A stretch of 64,000 nt of DNA from an uncultured delta proteobacterium (GTDB taxonomy: Bacteria > Myxococcota_A > Polyangia > Polyangiales > Polyangiaceae): NCBI GenBank assembly GCA_963850305.1, contig CAWKKR010000008.1:32001-96000 (forward strand). The letters run 5' to 3'. A program made the translations under genes and the position numbers. Shown in pieces: positions 1-9,865 of this stretch. The notes beneath the pieces are model-generated. The model was not told the origin of the DNA and made no database searches. It saw nothing but the letters and a program-made list of their open reading frames with translations. Each line of letters begins with the position of its first letter. Within the stretch, counting starts at the first letter, position 1.

Positions 1-156
1 CACGATGACGATGTCTCGGACGCCTATCCCAAGCAGGCTGTCGACGATTCGCCCCAGAATCGTCGTGTCCCCGATGGGCAGGAGCGCCTTGTGGCAGGCG
101 TCGGACAGCGGGCGCATACGTCGTCCGAAACCCGCGGCGAGGATGATGGCTTTCAT
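1..156 (-). CDS. NTP transferase (nucleotidyltransferase, LicC/GalU-like), N-terminal part; runs off the window edge
   Basis: Manual translation from ATG at 156: MKAIILAAGFGRRMRPLSDACHKALLPIGDTTILGRIVDSLL, the LAAGxGxRxxP...K signature. Not in the ORF track. Confidence 0.85.
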   Translation of the reverse strand, partial: MKAIILAAGFGRRMRPLSDACHKALLPIGDTTILGRIVDSLLGIGVRDIVIV

Positions 157-262
157 GCGCGGCTTCGTCGGATCGCCCGGATTATAGGAGCGGCCCGGGC
201 GTGAATATGTCTAAGTCTACCGCCGTCCATCCTGGAGACGCAACGCGCGGACCGAGGCGAGC

Positions 263-2113
263 GTGGAACCGTATAGCAACTTGTCGTCGACCATAGCCGT
301 TCCGACGAAACCCCCCGTCGCCTTGCCGGCGAAGGCGCATGCGGCGTCGCAGGGCATGGGCGTCCTGCGATTGATTCGGCTGCTCTTGCCGTACTTTCGC
401 CCGTACCCACGGTTGATGCTCGCCACCTTGGCGCTGACCGTCGTCGGCCTGGTCGCTGACGCCTTCGCGCGTCTCGGGTTCAAGTTCATCATCGACGAAG
501 CCATCATCCCGGGCGATCGCGGGATGCTCGTTCGGCTCATTTTCGTGCTCGGCGCCGCCACCGTTCTCACGAGCCTGGCGGCGATCGCAGCGGAGTCGCT
601 CTATTCTCGACTCGGCGCTCACGTCGTCAACGACATTCGCGAGCGAGTGTTCGCTCATCTGCAAACTCTGTCGGCGCAGTACTACCGAAAGAGCCGGATC
701 GGCGATCAGATGGCGCGCTTCTCGACTGACGTCTCCTACATCGAGACGGCGGTGTACTACGGGGTCGGCACCGGCGTCGCAAGCGTCCTCGGGCTCACCT
801 TCGCCATTGGGCCGCTCTTTTTCCTGTCGTGGCAGTTGGCGCTCGCGACGGCGGTCCTGGTCCCGCTCGCGCTGCTCGGCCCAGTGGTGACCGGTCCGCG
901 CGCCTCGGCGGCGAGCTACGAGACGAAGGAGGATCTAGGGCGGCTCCAAGCCGCCGTCGCCGAGAACCTGCTCACGCAGGATGTCGTACGCGCGTTCCGT
1001 CTCCAGGGTTGGTCTCTCGAGATCTTCCGACGTCTGCAAGCCGATCTCCTGCGCGCCACGATTCGGTTCAACGTGTGGAGCTACACGTCCGACCGCGTCC
1101 CGACCGTCATCCTGTCGCTCGTGAATCTGCTCATCCTGGGCGGCAGCGCGGTCCGAGTCTTCAGCGGACACATGACAATCGGCGCGCTGGTGGCCTTTCA
1201 GGTGTTCTTCGCGAATGTCGTCGCGCACGCGCAGACGCTCATGAGCGTCTGCGTCTATCTCCTGCAGGCTACCGGCGGAATGCTCCGGATCGAGGAAATA
1301 TTCACGGAGAAGCCCACCGTGCAGGACGAAGGCAAAGCCGTGCTCGGCTCTCTCACGCGCGAGATCACGTTCGACGGCGTGACCTTCGACTACGGCGACC
1401 GCGTGACCCGTGTGCACAATCTCCGTCTGTCGATCCCGATCGGCAGCCGGGTCGCGATCGTCGGACCGAGCGGCAGCGGCAAGAGCACTCTCTTGAATCT
1501 CCTCATCCGGTTCTGGGATCCGGTGAGCGGGAGCGTGCGCTTCGACGGAGTGCCGTCTCGCGACTTCACGCTCGACTCCGTACGCTCACGGATCGGCATG
1601 GTCTTTCAAGAGAGCATGCTCTTCGATACCAGCATCCTCGAGAATATCCGGCTCGGCTGCCTGACGGCGACGGATGCGGAAGTGGAGAAAGCATCGAAGC
1701 TGGCCGAGCTCCACGACTACGTCGCGACGTTGCCCGAGGGCTACGCGACGCGCGTCGGGGAGCGGGGCGCGAAACTCTCCGGAGGTCAACGCCAGCGCGT
1801 CGCGATCGCCCGCGCCATCCTCGCGAGCCCGGCGCTGCTCCTGCTCGACGAAGCGACGGCGTCGCTGGATCCGGCTACTGCGGCGGCCGTTTGGCGGACC
1901 CTGGTCCGTGTGGGCGAGAATCGGACGATGATTTACGTGACGCATCACGTGGATCAGGCCGCGTCGGCGGACGAGATCATCGTCCTCGACGGCGGTCGCT
2001 GCGTCGAGCGCGGCGCGCACCGCGAGCTCATGGAAACGGCCGGCCTCTACAAGCGAATGCACGATGAACAGTCACGCGCGGACAGAGCGCCGGACGATCG
2101 AAGGTCGTCGTGA
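263..2113 (+). CDS. ABC exporter, fused permease + ATPase (MsbA-like half transporter)
   Basis: N-terminal TM helices; Walker A GPSGSGKS, signature LSGGQRQR, Walker B LLLLDE, H-loop VTH. Confidence 0.93.
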   Translation: MEPYSNLSSTIAVPTKPPVALPAKAHAASQGMGVLRLIRLLLPYFRPYPRLMLATLALTVVGLVADAFARLGFKFIIDEAIIPGDRGMLVRLIFVLGAATVLTSLAAIAAESLYSRLGAHVVNDIRERVFAHLQTLSAQYYRKSRIGDQMARFSTDVSYIETAVYYGVGTGVASVLGLTFAIGPLFFLSWQLALATAVLVPLALLGPVVTGPRASAASYETKEDLGRLQAAVAENLLTQDVVRAFRLQGWSLEIFRRLQADLLRATIRFNVWSYTSDRVPTVILSLVNLLILGGSAVRVFSGHMTIGALVAFQVFFANVVAHAQTLMSVCVYLLQATGGMLRIEEIFTEKPTVQDEGKAVLGSLTREITFDGVTFDYGDRVTRVHNLRLSIPIGSRVAIVGPSGSGKSTLLNLLIRFWDPVSGSVRFDGVPSRDFTLDSVRSRIGMVFQESMLFDTSILENIRLGCLTATDAEVEKASKLAELHDYVATLPEGYATRVGERGAKLSGGQRQRVAIARAILASPALLLLDEATASLDPATAAAVWRTLVRVGENRTMIYVTHHVDQAASADEIIVLDGGRCVERGAHRELMETAGLYKRMHDEQSRADRAPDDRRSS

Positions 2114-2541
2114 AGGTCAGCTTCGACTTCGACGGTGTGCTGTCCCGCCATTCTGTCCAGCGCTTCGCGGCGGAGCTCCTCGCTGCGGACGTGGATGTCT
2201 GGATCGTCACGATGCGGTTCGAGTCCAAAGAGGCCTTTCTCCGGCACCCTCCGGATCCGGACGCGGTCTTCGTGGACAATGCGGATCTGTTCGCCATCGC
2301 CGCGAGGCTCGGGATCCCCCGACGAAAGATCCTCTTCACGAACTGGGACTGGAAGTCCGCCTCGCTGCTGGAGCAGAGCTTCGTGTGGCACCTGGACGAC
2401 TGCCCCGACACCCTCCGCGACATCCAGACGCATTGCCGCGGGGTGCGCGCCATCAGCGCCTGGAACACGACGGCGTGGCGACGAAAGTGCCTGAAGGCGC
2501 TAGGTCCCCTCCCGGCCTCGTCCTACGGCAGCGGACCGTGA
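2110..2541 (+). CDS. Small cap-less HAD-superfamily hydrolase/phosphatase
   Basis: Motif I SFDFDGVL, motif II IVT, Lys in WKS, motif IV HLDD; GTGA overlap with the ABC gene stop. Confidence 0.75.
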   Translation: MKVSFDFDGVLSRHSVQRFAAELLAADVDVWIVTMRFESKEAFLRHPPDPDAVFVDNADLFAIAARLGIPRRKILFTNWDWKSASLLEQSFVWHLDDCPDTLRDIQTHCRGVRAISAWNTTAWRRKCLKALGPLPASSYGSGP

Positions 2542-4622
2542 CCGCGTCGACCATCGTCATCGCGTTCTCGCCGGACTTCAGCGAGGACGACGTCCGCGTC
2601 CACGTGGAGCTCTGCCGCAGATATTCGCCGGAGCTCGTCGTGTCGACTCGCATACTGCACTCGGTCGCGGACACGGCGGCGCTCTTCGAAGCCTTCGGCC
2701 ATGTCGACGCGCTCGTCGTCTGGAACCTCTACATGGAGGTCGACGACGTGAGTCTTTCGCTCCGTCGCCTCTTCGGTGCGAAACTCGTCGGCACTCATCA
2801 CACCGTCACCGTGAACACCGTTTGCAAATCGGCCATGTACGCGACGCTCGGTCGTGAGGCCATCGCCATTCCGCGGTGGATCGCCCCGGTCGGCTTCGAC
2901 GGCATTGACGCGCTGCTGGGCGCGGCGCTCGAGTATCCGGTCATCGTGAAAGTGGATCGCGGGTACGACAGCGTCGGGCTCTCCGCGTCGAGCGTCTGCC
3001 ACGACGCGGACTCTCTTTCGACGCGCGCGAGAGAGACGATGCGCGAGCACGGACCCATCGTCGTCCAGAGCTTCGTCGCGGGGCGTGAGTTCACGGTCGC
3101 CGTCGCGAACAACCGCGCGTTCACGCCGGTGGAGAGAATATTCCCGTCTGGGAGCGTCGTCTTCTTGCCGAGCGAGGCGTGCTCGAAGCGGTATTGCGAC
3201 GATCCGGAGCTCGACGCAGCGCTCCGCACCCTCGCTTTGGCCACGGCGCGCGCTTTCACGATCGGGAAGACCGAGTACTGTCGCATCGACATCCGTCAAG
3301 ATCCGGCAACGGGCCGCCTCTACCCGATCGACGTCAACGACATGTGCAGCGTCTGGCCGGGCGGGCACTTCGAGATGAGCCTCGCCGGAGACGGCGTCCC
3401 ACTCCCCGAGCTGATCGGCTGGCTCACCGCGCCGGCGAGGTACTCCGCGGCGCGGTCACGGATAGCCATTTACGTCATCTGGCATTCGAACCTCTCGCAA
3501 ATCGAGAGCGTCCTGCCGTTCCTCGATGCGTTCGACTGCGAGATCTTCCTCTACGCCTGGAACGACTCCTACGACGCCATGACGTCGTACTTCACCGATC
3601 GGCTCGGCGTGCCCGCGTTTCGGTTCGACGTCGATACGCTCCTCGATCGCCTGGAGCGCGAGGACCGAAATGTCGTCGTGATGTTCACGGAGTCCCTGAA
3701 CTACCCGTTCGGAGCGTGGTCCAAGAAGGTATTCGGAGCCGTTCGCGCGGAATGTCCGAAGGTCATCGACGTCGTCTGCATCGGGCACTGCCTGGACCAC
3801 TCGTCGTGCTCATCGTGCCTGTCCGACGTGGGTGACGTCCCGTTGAAGATGACCGCGTATCGCAGCGGTCGCTTGCCCTACGACGCCGAGGAACTCCGCG
3901 CGACATATCCCATCTCGGACAAGACCATCCTCGTCTCCCCGACGACCGGCGACGATCACATTCTCCTCTCCGATCTCCCGCTCCTGCGGAGGATGAAGAA
4001 GCTGGAGGACGAGGGGCGCTTCGAGTTCCTCTTCAAGCTCCATCCGTCGACGGTCATGATGCTCTTCGACGACGTCTATTTTCAGCTGGAGAAGGCCGGC
4101 TATGCCTACGTCCGGGAGCACTTCCGGGTGGTCGACGCCGAACATTTCTCAATATTTCCCTTGGCTGAATCGGTGCGGGTGCATGTGACAGACCTCTTCT
4201 CGTCGATGCCCGCGCTCCTGACCTACCTCGGCGATCGAGTGATCCTCGCAAAGGACAATCCGGCAGTCGCGGGCGATCATGCGATCCGTCCGTACCTTCA
4301 CCTCTTCGATTCCCCGGATCAGTTCGAGGGGCTTCTCGAGCGCGTCGCGTCGCTCGGTCACCGCAACAACGGCGATTTCTGGCGGCGTCACTTTCTCCAC
4401 GCGCGGGGCGACGAGGACATGCAGATAGCCGACGCGCGTGGCTGGCTCACGCACGCTATGCACGCTCCGGCAGATCCGGGCTTCCGCGCGCGGATCAAGA
4501 GCGAGCTCGCGCGTTTCCGTCGCGAAAGCGAAGAACGCCATCGTTCGGGAGAAGTCGATCAGGAAGAGCTCGATGACGTTCTCAGCGTCCTCGGCGAATG
4601 GACGCCGCCCGGCCAGCAATGA
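2538..4622 (+). CDS. ATP-grasp (Ddl-like) ligase fused to a CDP-glycerol glycerophosphotransferase (TagF)-like domain
   Basis: GTG 2538 overlaps the upstream TGA. ATP-grasp motifs YPVIVK, SVGL, VQSFVAGREFTV, RIDIR, IDVN. C-terminal TILVSPT, FKLHP and VTDLFSS resemble TagF motifs ILYAPT, KxHP and ITDYSS. Confidence 0.7.
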   Translation: MTASTIVIAFSPDFSEDDVRVHVELCRRYSPELVVSTRILHSVADTAALFEAFGHVDALVVWNLYMEVDDVSLSLRRLFGAKLVGTHHTVTVNTVCKSAMYATLGREAIAIPRWIAPVGFDGIDALLGAALEYPVIVKVDRGYDSVGLSASSVCHDADSLSTRARETMREHGPIVVQSFVAGREFTVAVANNRAFTPVERIFPSGSVVFLPSEACSKRYCDDPELDAALRTLALATARAFTIGKTEYCRIDIRQDPATGRLYPIDVNDMCSVWPGGHFEMSLAGDGVPLPELIGWLTAPARYSAARSRIAIYVIWHSNLSQIESVLPFLDAFDCEIFLYAWNDSYDAMTSYFTDRLGVPAFRFDVDTLLDRLEREDRNVVVMFTESLNYPFGAWSKKVFGAVRAECPKVIDVVCIGHCLDHSSCSSCLSDVGDVPLKMTAYRSGRLPYDAEELRATYPISDKTILVSPTTGDDHILLSDLPLLRRMKKLEDEGRFEFLFKLHPSTVMMLFDDVYFQLEKAGYAYVREHFRVVDAEHFSIFPLAESVRVHVTDLFSSMPALLTYLGDRVILAKDNPAVAGDHAIRPYLHLFDSPDQFEGLLERVASLGHRNNGDFWRRHFLHARGDEDMQIADARGWLTHAMHAPADPGFRARIKSELARFRRESEERHRSGEVDQEELDDVLSVLGEWTPPGQQ

Positions 4623-4651
4623 CGCCGCGCGGCCTCCGCAGGTCGCTACGG

Positions 4652-4720
4652 CGTATGGTGCCGAAACTCGACCGAGCGCATTCGGGGGGATTTTGCGGGG
4701 TTTGGCACGGGTTCGGGAGC
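4652..4720 (+). repeat. Dispersed ~69-bp element, copy 1 (REP/MITE/IS-end-like)
   Basis: CGTATGGTGCCGAAACTCGACCGAGCGC...GCACGGGTTCGGG is shared with an inverted copy at 31860-31928. Confidence 0.8.
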
Positions 4721-4881
4721 TGGGCGAGACGCACCTGCGGAAGATCCGTAACCGGCCGCCAACACGTCCGGCAAGAGCCCCATCTTCTCTTCAAGCCCTC
4801 CGACACCACGGGCGCGACGACCCCCGGCACGATGCAACCAGGCAGTGTGCAGCTGCCTCTCTTTCGTTGAACGAGACGTCC

Positions 4882-5979
4882 ATGAAAGCAATTGCCCTTT
4901 TCCCCAGAGCCGCTGTCCTCGCCGCGCTCGGCGTCGCCGGCGTCGCGTCTTGCTCCGGAAAAAAACTGCCGCCCCCCGGTGAGCTGATGGTCGCGGTGAC
5001 GACGGACATGTCGTTGCCGAAGGACTTCGACACGCTGCACGTGGAAGTCCTGGTGAACGGCCAGACCCAGTTCGCCAACGACTACGCCGTCGGTCCGAGC
5101 GGTTTGAAGATCCCCGCGACGATCGGCCTCGTCGCCGGCAAGGACTCGTCGATACCGGCGCACGTTCGGATCATTGCCCGGAAGGGCGGCGACACGGGGA
5201 GCGCGCTCCTGCTGCGCGAAGCCGTAGTGACCGTCCCGACGGATCGCCTCGCGCTGCTCACGTTGCCGGTCGGCTGGCTCTGCACCGGCAGCGCGTCCGA
5301 GCCCACTCCCGGAGACGTCACGAACGCGACGTGCCCCGACGGACAGACGTGCGCTGCGGGCACCTGCGAGACGACCGCGATTGTCGCAAAGACCTTGCCG
5401 GACTACACGCCGCCGGCCGTCTTCGGCGGAGCGACGGGTCCGAGCGGTGCCGGCGGCGCTTGCTTCGACACGCTCGGATGCTTCGCTTCGCCGACGCTCG
5501 CGATCGTCGACAGGACGGCGTGTACGATTTCGAGGCCGGGTGGCACCGTCAACGTCGCGCTCGTCGTCGGGCCGAGCGGGGACGGTATCTGTAGCGGCAC
5601 GACGTGTTTGATACCCCTCGACGGCCAGAGCGCCGATCGCGTTCTTTTTCATGCCGTCGACGACGACGACTCTCACGCGTCGGCCACGCAGTCGCGAAGC
5701 AGCCTGCGCACTACGGCGAGGTCACGATCGATCGCGACGGGGCGTGGTTCGCTCCCTGTGTGCGTCTCCTGTCTCGTGCGCCGCGCTTGCTCGCGACCTC
5801 GTCGACAGGGTGCCTTCGACCGGCGGGGCCAGCGCCATCCCGCGCGAGGTCACCGCCGATCTCGCCGCGATCACCGACGATCCCATGGAGATCAGGGCCG
5901 CTACCATACGGGATCATCGATCGGCGCGGCGGCACGGGGGCCGGTTCTCCCGGAATCCGCAACAACCTCGTCGGGGTAA
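4882..5979 (+). CDS. Cys-rich lipoprotein; family-like sequence appears to end at ~5635 (probably truncated)
   Basis: Signal peptide with lipobox VASC; GELMVAVTTDMSLPKDFD; Cys-rich segments; protein-like composition is lost after LIPLDGQSA. Confidence 0.6.
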   Translation: MKAIALFPRAAVLAALGVAGVASCSGKKLPPPGELMVAVTTDMSLPKDFDTLHVEVLVNGQTQFANDYAVGPSGLKIPATIGLVAGKDSSIPAHVRIIARKGGDTGSALLLREAVVTVPTDRLALLTLPVGWLCTGSASEPTPGDVTNATCPDGQTCAAGTCETTAIVAKTLPDYTPPAVFGGATGPSGAGGACFDTLGCFASPTLAIVDRTACTISRPGGTVNVALVVGPSGDGICSGTTCLIPLDGQSADRVLFHAVDDDDSHASATQSRSSLRTTARSRSIATGRGSLPVCVSCLVRRACSRPRRQGAFDRRGQRHPARGHRRSRRDHRRSHGDQGRYHTGSSIGAAARGPVLPESATTSSG

Positions 5980-6013
5980 CCGACGATCCCGTCGGGATCG
6001 TCGATCCTCCCGC

Positions 6014-6355
6014 CGGGTTTGTCGCATGACCCTGTCGGGAGGACGCGTGATCCCGGCGGGAGGACGCGTGATCCCCGACGGGAGGACGCGTGATCCCGAC
6101 GGGAGGACGCGTGATCCCGACGGGAGGACGCGTGATCCCGACGGAGGACGCGTGATCCCGACGGGAGTGTCGGCGATCCCCGGCGGGTTTGCCGCATGAC
6201 CCTGTCGGGAGGACGCGTGATCCCGACGGGAGGACGCGTGATCCCGGCGGAGGAGCGTGATCCCGGCGGGAGGACGCGTGATCCCGGCGGGAGGACGCGT
6301 GATCCCGGCGGGAGGACGCGTGATCCCGACGGGAGGACGCGTCCTCCCGTCGGGA
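6014..6355. repeat. 21-nt tandem repeat array (two sub-arrays of 6 units) ending in a 32-bp perfect palindrome
   Basis: Unit GGGAGGACGCGTGATCCCG(A/G)C; each sub-array is preceded by GGGTTTG(T/C)CGCATGACCCTGTC; palindrome TCCCGACGGGAGGACGCGTCCTCCCGTCGGGA at 6324-6355. Confidence 0.95.
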
Positions 6356-6409
6356 GTGTGCATGATTTGAGCGACGGGAGTGTCGGCGACTGCGCGACCG
6401 GGTGCCTGG

Positions 6410-6567
6410 GTCGCCCCGATCAAGTCGAGATACTCGGCGACCGCGGAGCTTTCGATTGCGACTTTGCCTGAGCCGGCCCAGTGCCGGTCGCCACCGCGCT
6501 TCTTGATGCCCGACACCCAATACTCCTCGCCGGTGGACGCATCGAAGTGGTTGCCGGAGATAGCCGG
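6410..6567 (-). pseudogene. C-terminal half of a small conserved hypothetical protein
   Basis: ISGNHFDASTGEEYWVSGIKKRGGDRHWAGSGKVAIESSAVAEYL resembles a widespread ~100-aa family (from memory); no N-terminal half or own start is seen. Confidence 0.55.
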
Positions 6568-6577
6568 CCTGAGCTGG

Positions 6578-7265
6578 TCAGATGAATCCGGCGACGCCGC
6601 AAGAGAGGGCGAACGCGGTCTCCGAGATGGGCTGCGACGGCGAACCAGGCCCCTCGTCGTACAAGGTCGAACCACCGAGTGACGTGTCGACACTCGGAGT
6701 GATCATGATCGCGAAATGCTTGATGGGCTCGATCAAGAGCGGGGCCTCGATGTCGAAGAGCACGAGGTGCGTCAGCTGATTCGCGTCCTCCACATCCTGC
6801 GTCAGGTGCGCGTAGGAAACGCCAAGACGCGGCCAGATGCCAATGACGTCGGTGAACATGTACGCGAACCCGACCCGTGGTGCGATGTAATATGCGGTCG
6901 CGTGCACGTCGTCTCGTCCGGTCCCGGCCGAGTGAACCACCGTGGCCGAACCGCCCAAACTCAGCCCGTCGATGAAGAACGCATCGACTGCCAGTCGAGG
7001 AGAGATGATCGGGTCGCCCTCACTAACCGAGTAGCGTAATCGTGGTCAAACCCGCGGGGAAGGAGTCCCCGTCCTCATGGGTGGTCTGATCCGTGCGATA
7101 GACGCCTGCGAGACGTTCGGCGCTCACCACCCAGGTCCCTTGCGGGATGGCACCAGCGCCGTTCGCGGGAGCGGCCTTTGCCGCGGACGGCAACAGGACG
7201 AAGCACAGCGCCATGACGGTGCCCATCTTCGCTGCGCCGCAACCCACCAAGACTCGATGTTTCAT
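6578..7265 (-). CDS. Outer-membrane beta-barrel protein, interrupted by a 1-nt frameshift at ~7025
   Basis: Signal peptide, SAERL motif; removing one T joins TLLG to SEGDPIISPRLAVDAFFIDGLSLGGS; APRVG motif; ends GVAGFI. Confidence 0.7.
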
Positions 7266-7653
7266 CTGACTCTCCTCGGCGTCGAGGTTCGTCGGAACGA
7301 TGCGCGCGTGAGCAAGGAATTTGTGCTGACGCGAGGTCAGGCGAGCCAACCCCGTCTCTGTCGTCGACCCGCCAGTCCCGCCGTCCCCTGACGGCCCGAG
7401 CCGTCAGGGACGGGTAATTTCGGTATAGTGTGGAATCACACCGCTCCGAGGCCAATCCCGCCCCCGGACGCGGAGAGGGCGAGACGCGCGCGGGACCCCC
7501 GAGGTAGGCTGAGCCCCTTGCCGTCTCTCCGGCGCTGGCTCCGCACATCACGACGAGTCGGGGCGGCGGTTGTCGTTGCTCTTTCCTTCGGCGCGGGTTG
7601 CAGCCGGGAAGAAGCTGCGTCCGGGTGTGAACCCGGCAACGAAATGTGCGTGA

Positions 7654-7857
7654 ATCGATCGGTTCTGGCAGGCCCGGAAGGCTGGAACGCGTGGTGCAGG
7701 ACTCGGACTGCCGATCGTCAAGGGCATCATTGAAGCCCACGGCGGTCGCGTGTGGGTCGAGAGCACTCCGGGGCGAGGGAGCACCTTCTTCTTCACGATT
7801 CCAACGGCGCCTCGGGCGGAACAACGACGTCAGGAACCGGCACCTCACACTCATTGA
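7654..7857 (+). pseudogene. Histidine kinase HATPase_c C-terminal remnant
   Basis: [49 protein letters not shown] (F, G2 and G3 boxes), with an in-frame TGA directly upstream at 7651. Confidence 0.85.
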
Positions 7858-7990
7858 AGAACGCGATTCGGAGCCCGTTCGGGCAGCCGTGACCACCGCC
7901 CTGCGCTCGTTGCAAGACCCGTGCGATGTTCTCGGCAATCGAGTCCGTCGCGACGACCGTGCCGGGATCGCCTTGGCAGAATGGGTACGG

Positions 7991-9865
7991 TCACTGTCGC
8001 ACCGGCGTGGCCGGCACGAGCCCCGAGGACCGTCCGGCAAGCACGCGGCGGAGTGCGGCGACCTGGGCCGACTGATCTCGCGGAAGAGTACGCCCCTCGA
8101 TGCGAGCGAGCGCAGCCTGAGCACCGTCAGCGTCCGCGGCGCCGACGAGCCACGTCGCGGCCGCGACGACGAGCGACGTGTCGCGCTCGCCCCCGCACGT
8201 GAATGCCTGCCCGAGCGCGGCCGCGGCTGCCGTCAGGTTCCCCGCACGACGCGCCGTCTCCCCGCGCGCGATGAACGTCCCGCAATCGACGGCCGGAGAC
8301 AGAGTTTCGGTCTTCCGATGGGCGTCCAGGATGCCGAGGAGTCGCTCGATGTCGGCCTGGTTCCGCCAATCGGCGGGCGGATGATCCGAGAGCCACCTTG
8401 CGACGGGCCGTGCCTCCGCGAAGCGCTGGCTCGCGACGAGCGCGCGGAGTAGCTCGACGGCGAGTTCGGGGCGCGCGCCGCAGACCGCCAAGGCATCACG
8501 GACGAGATCCGGCGTCGCGACGCGATCGCCCATGAGCGACGAGCGCGCCACCTTGCGCTGCTTGTACCGGCACCGGTCCTCCGGAGTCCGGTATTCTGGC
8601 GCCACGGCCAGGTAGAAGACACGATCTTCGTTGCCGAGCATCGCGAGCTCCGTCGCGAAGTCGGCACGGGCCGGCGTCGAGTTCGCCAGCATGACGAACG
8701 CCCACCCCGCGGCCGCGGCGCCCACGGCCCGCTCCGCCTTCGGTCCGAACTGTCGTCCGAGGTGGAGCCAGAGGAGCGTCGCCGGCGCGAGGGCGTGCAT
8801 GAGCCAGCGATCCGCGAAGGAGTACTTCGCGTGCTCCGTGGGCACGAAGATGTCCTTCGTGAGGAGCACGGGCGCGAGGGCGAAGAGCGTCCAGGCGAGC
8901 AACGTGAGCGCGTCCGCGTCGCGACGGCGGAAGCTCCTGACGGCGACCACCGACGCGACGGCGGACACGACGAGTGCCCGGAACAGGAAAGCCGAGCTCT
9001 CTGCCTCGGCGACGGAGACGTCGCGCACGGTCGACGAGAACGCAAAGGGCCACGTGTTGGTGAGATAAAGCGAGATGCCGTCGACGATCCGGAGCGGGTC
9101 GAGCGAGAGCAAGCCCGCGGGCATGCCTGACGCGGACAGCACGGCCTTTCGCGCGAACCAGTACGCCGCGACGACGAGCGCCGCCGGGAGAACGGGCAGG
9201 AACGCGCGCCAGCGGTCGCGGCGAAACCCGCCCTCGGCGAGCACCCGCACGACCAGCAGCGCCGGCAGGAACGCCGCCTGCTCCTTGCTGCCGACGGCGA
9301 GCGCCGTCGCGACGACATGGAGTGCCGCCCAGCCGGCGCGCTTCGTTCGTCGCCACCCGAACCACGCGATGACGGCTCCGACCACCGACGTGGCCGCAAC
9401 GACGTCGGACCGTGCCATCAGCAGCGTCACCGGTTCGATCGCCACCGGGTGCAGCGCGAACACGAGCCCCGCGACGAGCGCCGTGCCGCGGCCGAAGCCC
9501 ATGCCGCGGGCGAGCACCTGGATCCCGAGTACACCGAGCACGTGCCAGCAAAGCTGCACCAGCAAAAATCCCCCAGCCCAGTCCCCGAACATCAGGTGTT
9601 CGAGCACCCAGCTCCCCTTGGTGACGGGTCGCCAGTAAGGGATCTGGTTGCCGGAGGACGACCAGAAGTAGTCGTGAGTGAGATTGGGGACGAGCTGGTG
9701 GAGGCCGCGGATGTACTCGTTGTCGAGGATCAGGAACCGCGCGTCGGCGACGAAGTCGAACGTCGTCACGCTCCGGTAGGCGATGACCGCCGCGAGCGGC
9801 GCGACGAGCCACCAAAGCGCCTCGAGCCGCTCCGGAGTTCTGGGCTGGGCCCCGAGCTCGGTCAT
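7991..9865 (-). CDS. GT-C fold membrane glycosyltransferase, TMTC-like, with a C-terminal TPR-like region
   Basis: FDFVADA..ILDN, HDYFW, YWRPV, FALHPVAIEPV, RSDV, GSKEQA and ADRWL parallel TMTC motifs; many TM helices; ATGA overlap with the upstream gene. Confidence 0.75.
   Translation of the reverse strand: MTELGAQPRTPERLEALWWLVAPLAAVIAYRSVTTFDFVADARFLILDNEYIRGLHQLVPNLTHDYFWSSSGNQIPYWRPVTKGSWVLEHLMFGDWAGGFLLVQLCWHVLGVLGIQVLARGMGFGRGTALVAGLVFALHPVAIEPVTLLMARSDVVAATSVVGAVIAWFGWRRTKRAGWAALHVVATALAVGSKEQAAFLPALLVVRVLAEGGFRRDRWRAFLPVLPAALVVAAYWFARKAVLSASGMPAGLLSLDPLRIVDGISLYLTNTWPFAFSSTVRDVSVAEAESSAFLFRALVVSAVASVVAVRSFRRRDADALTLLAWTLFALAPVLLTKDIFVPTEHAKYSFADRWLMHALAPATLLWLHLGRQFGPKAERAVGAAAAGWAFVMLANSTPARADFATELAMLGNEDRVFYLAVAPEYRTPEDRCRYKQRKVARSSLMGDRVATPDLVRDALAVCGARPELAVELLRALVASQRFAEARPVARWLSDHPPADWRNQADIERLLGILDAHRKTETLSPAVDCGTFIARGETARRAGNLTAAAAALGQAFTCGGERDTSLVVAAATWLVGAADADGAQAALARIEGRTLPRDQSAQVAALRRVLAGRSSGLVPATPVRQ

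Noticed and set aside
2064..2537. N-terminal extension of the 852-aa ORF
   Set aside because: It overlaps the HAD gene in another frame; the coupled GTG at 2538 is the likelier start.
6014..6355. CRISPR array
   Set aside because: Units are contiguous with no unique spacers, and there are no cas genes in the window.
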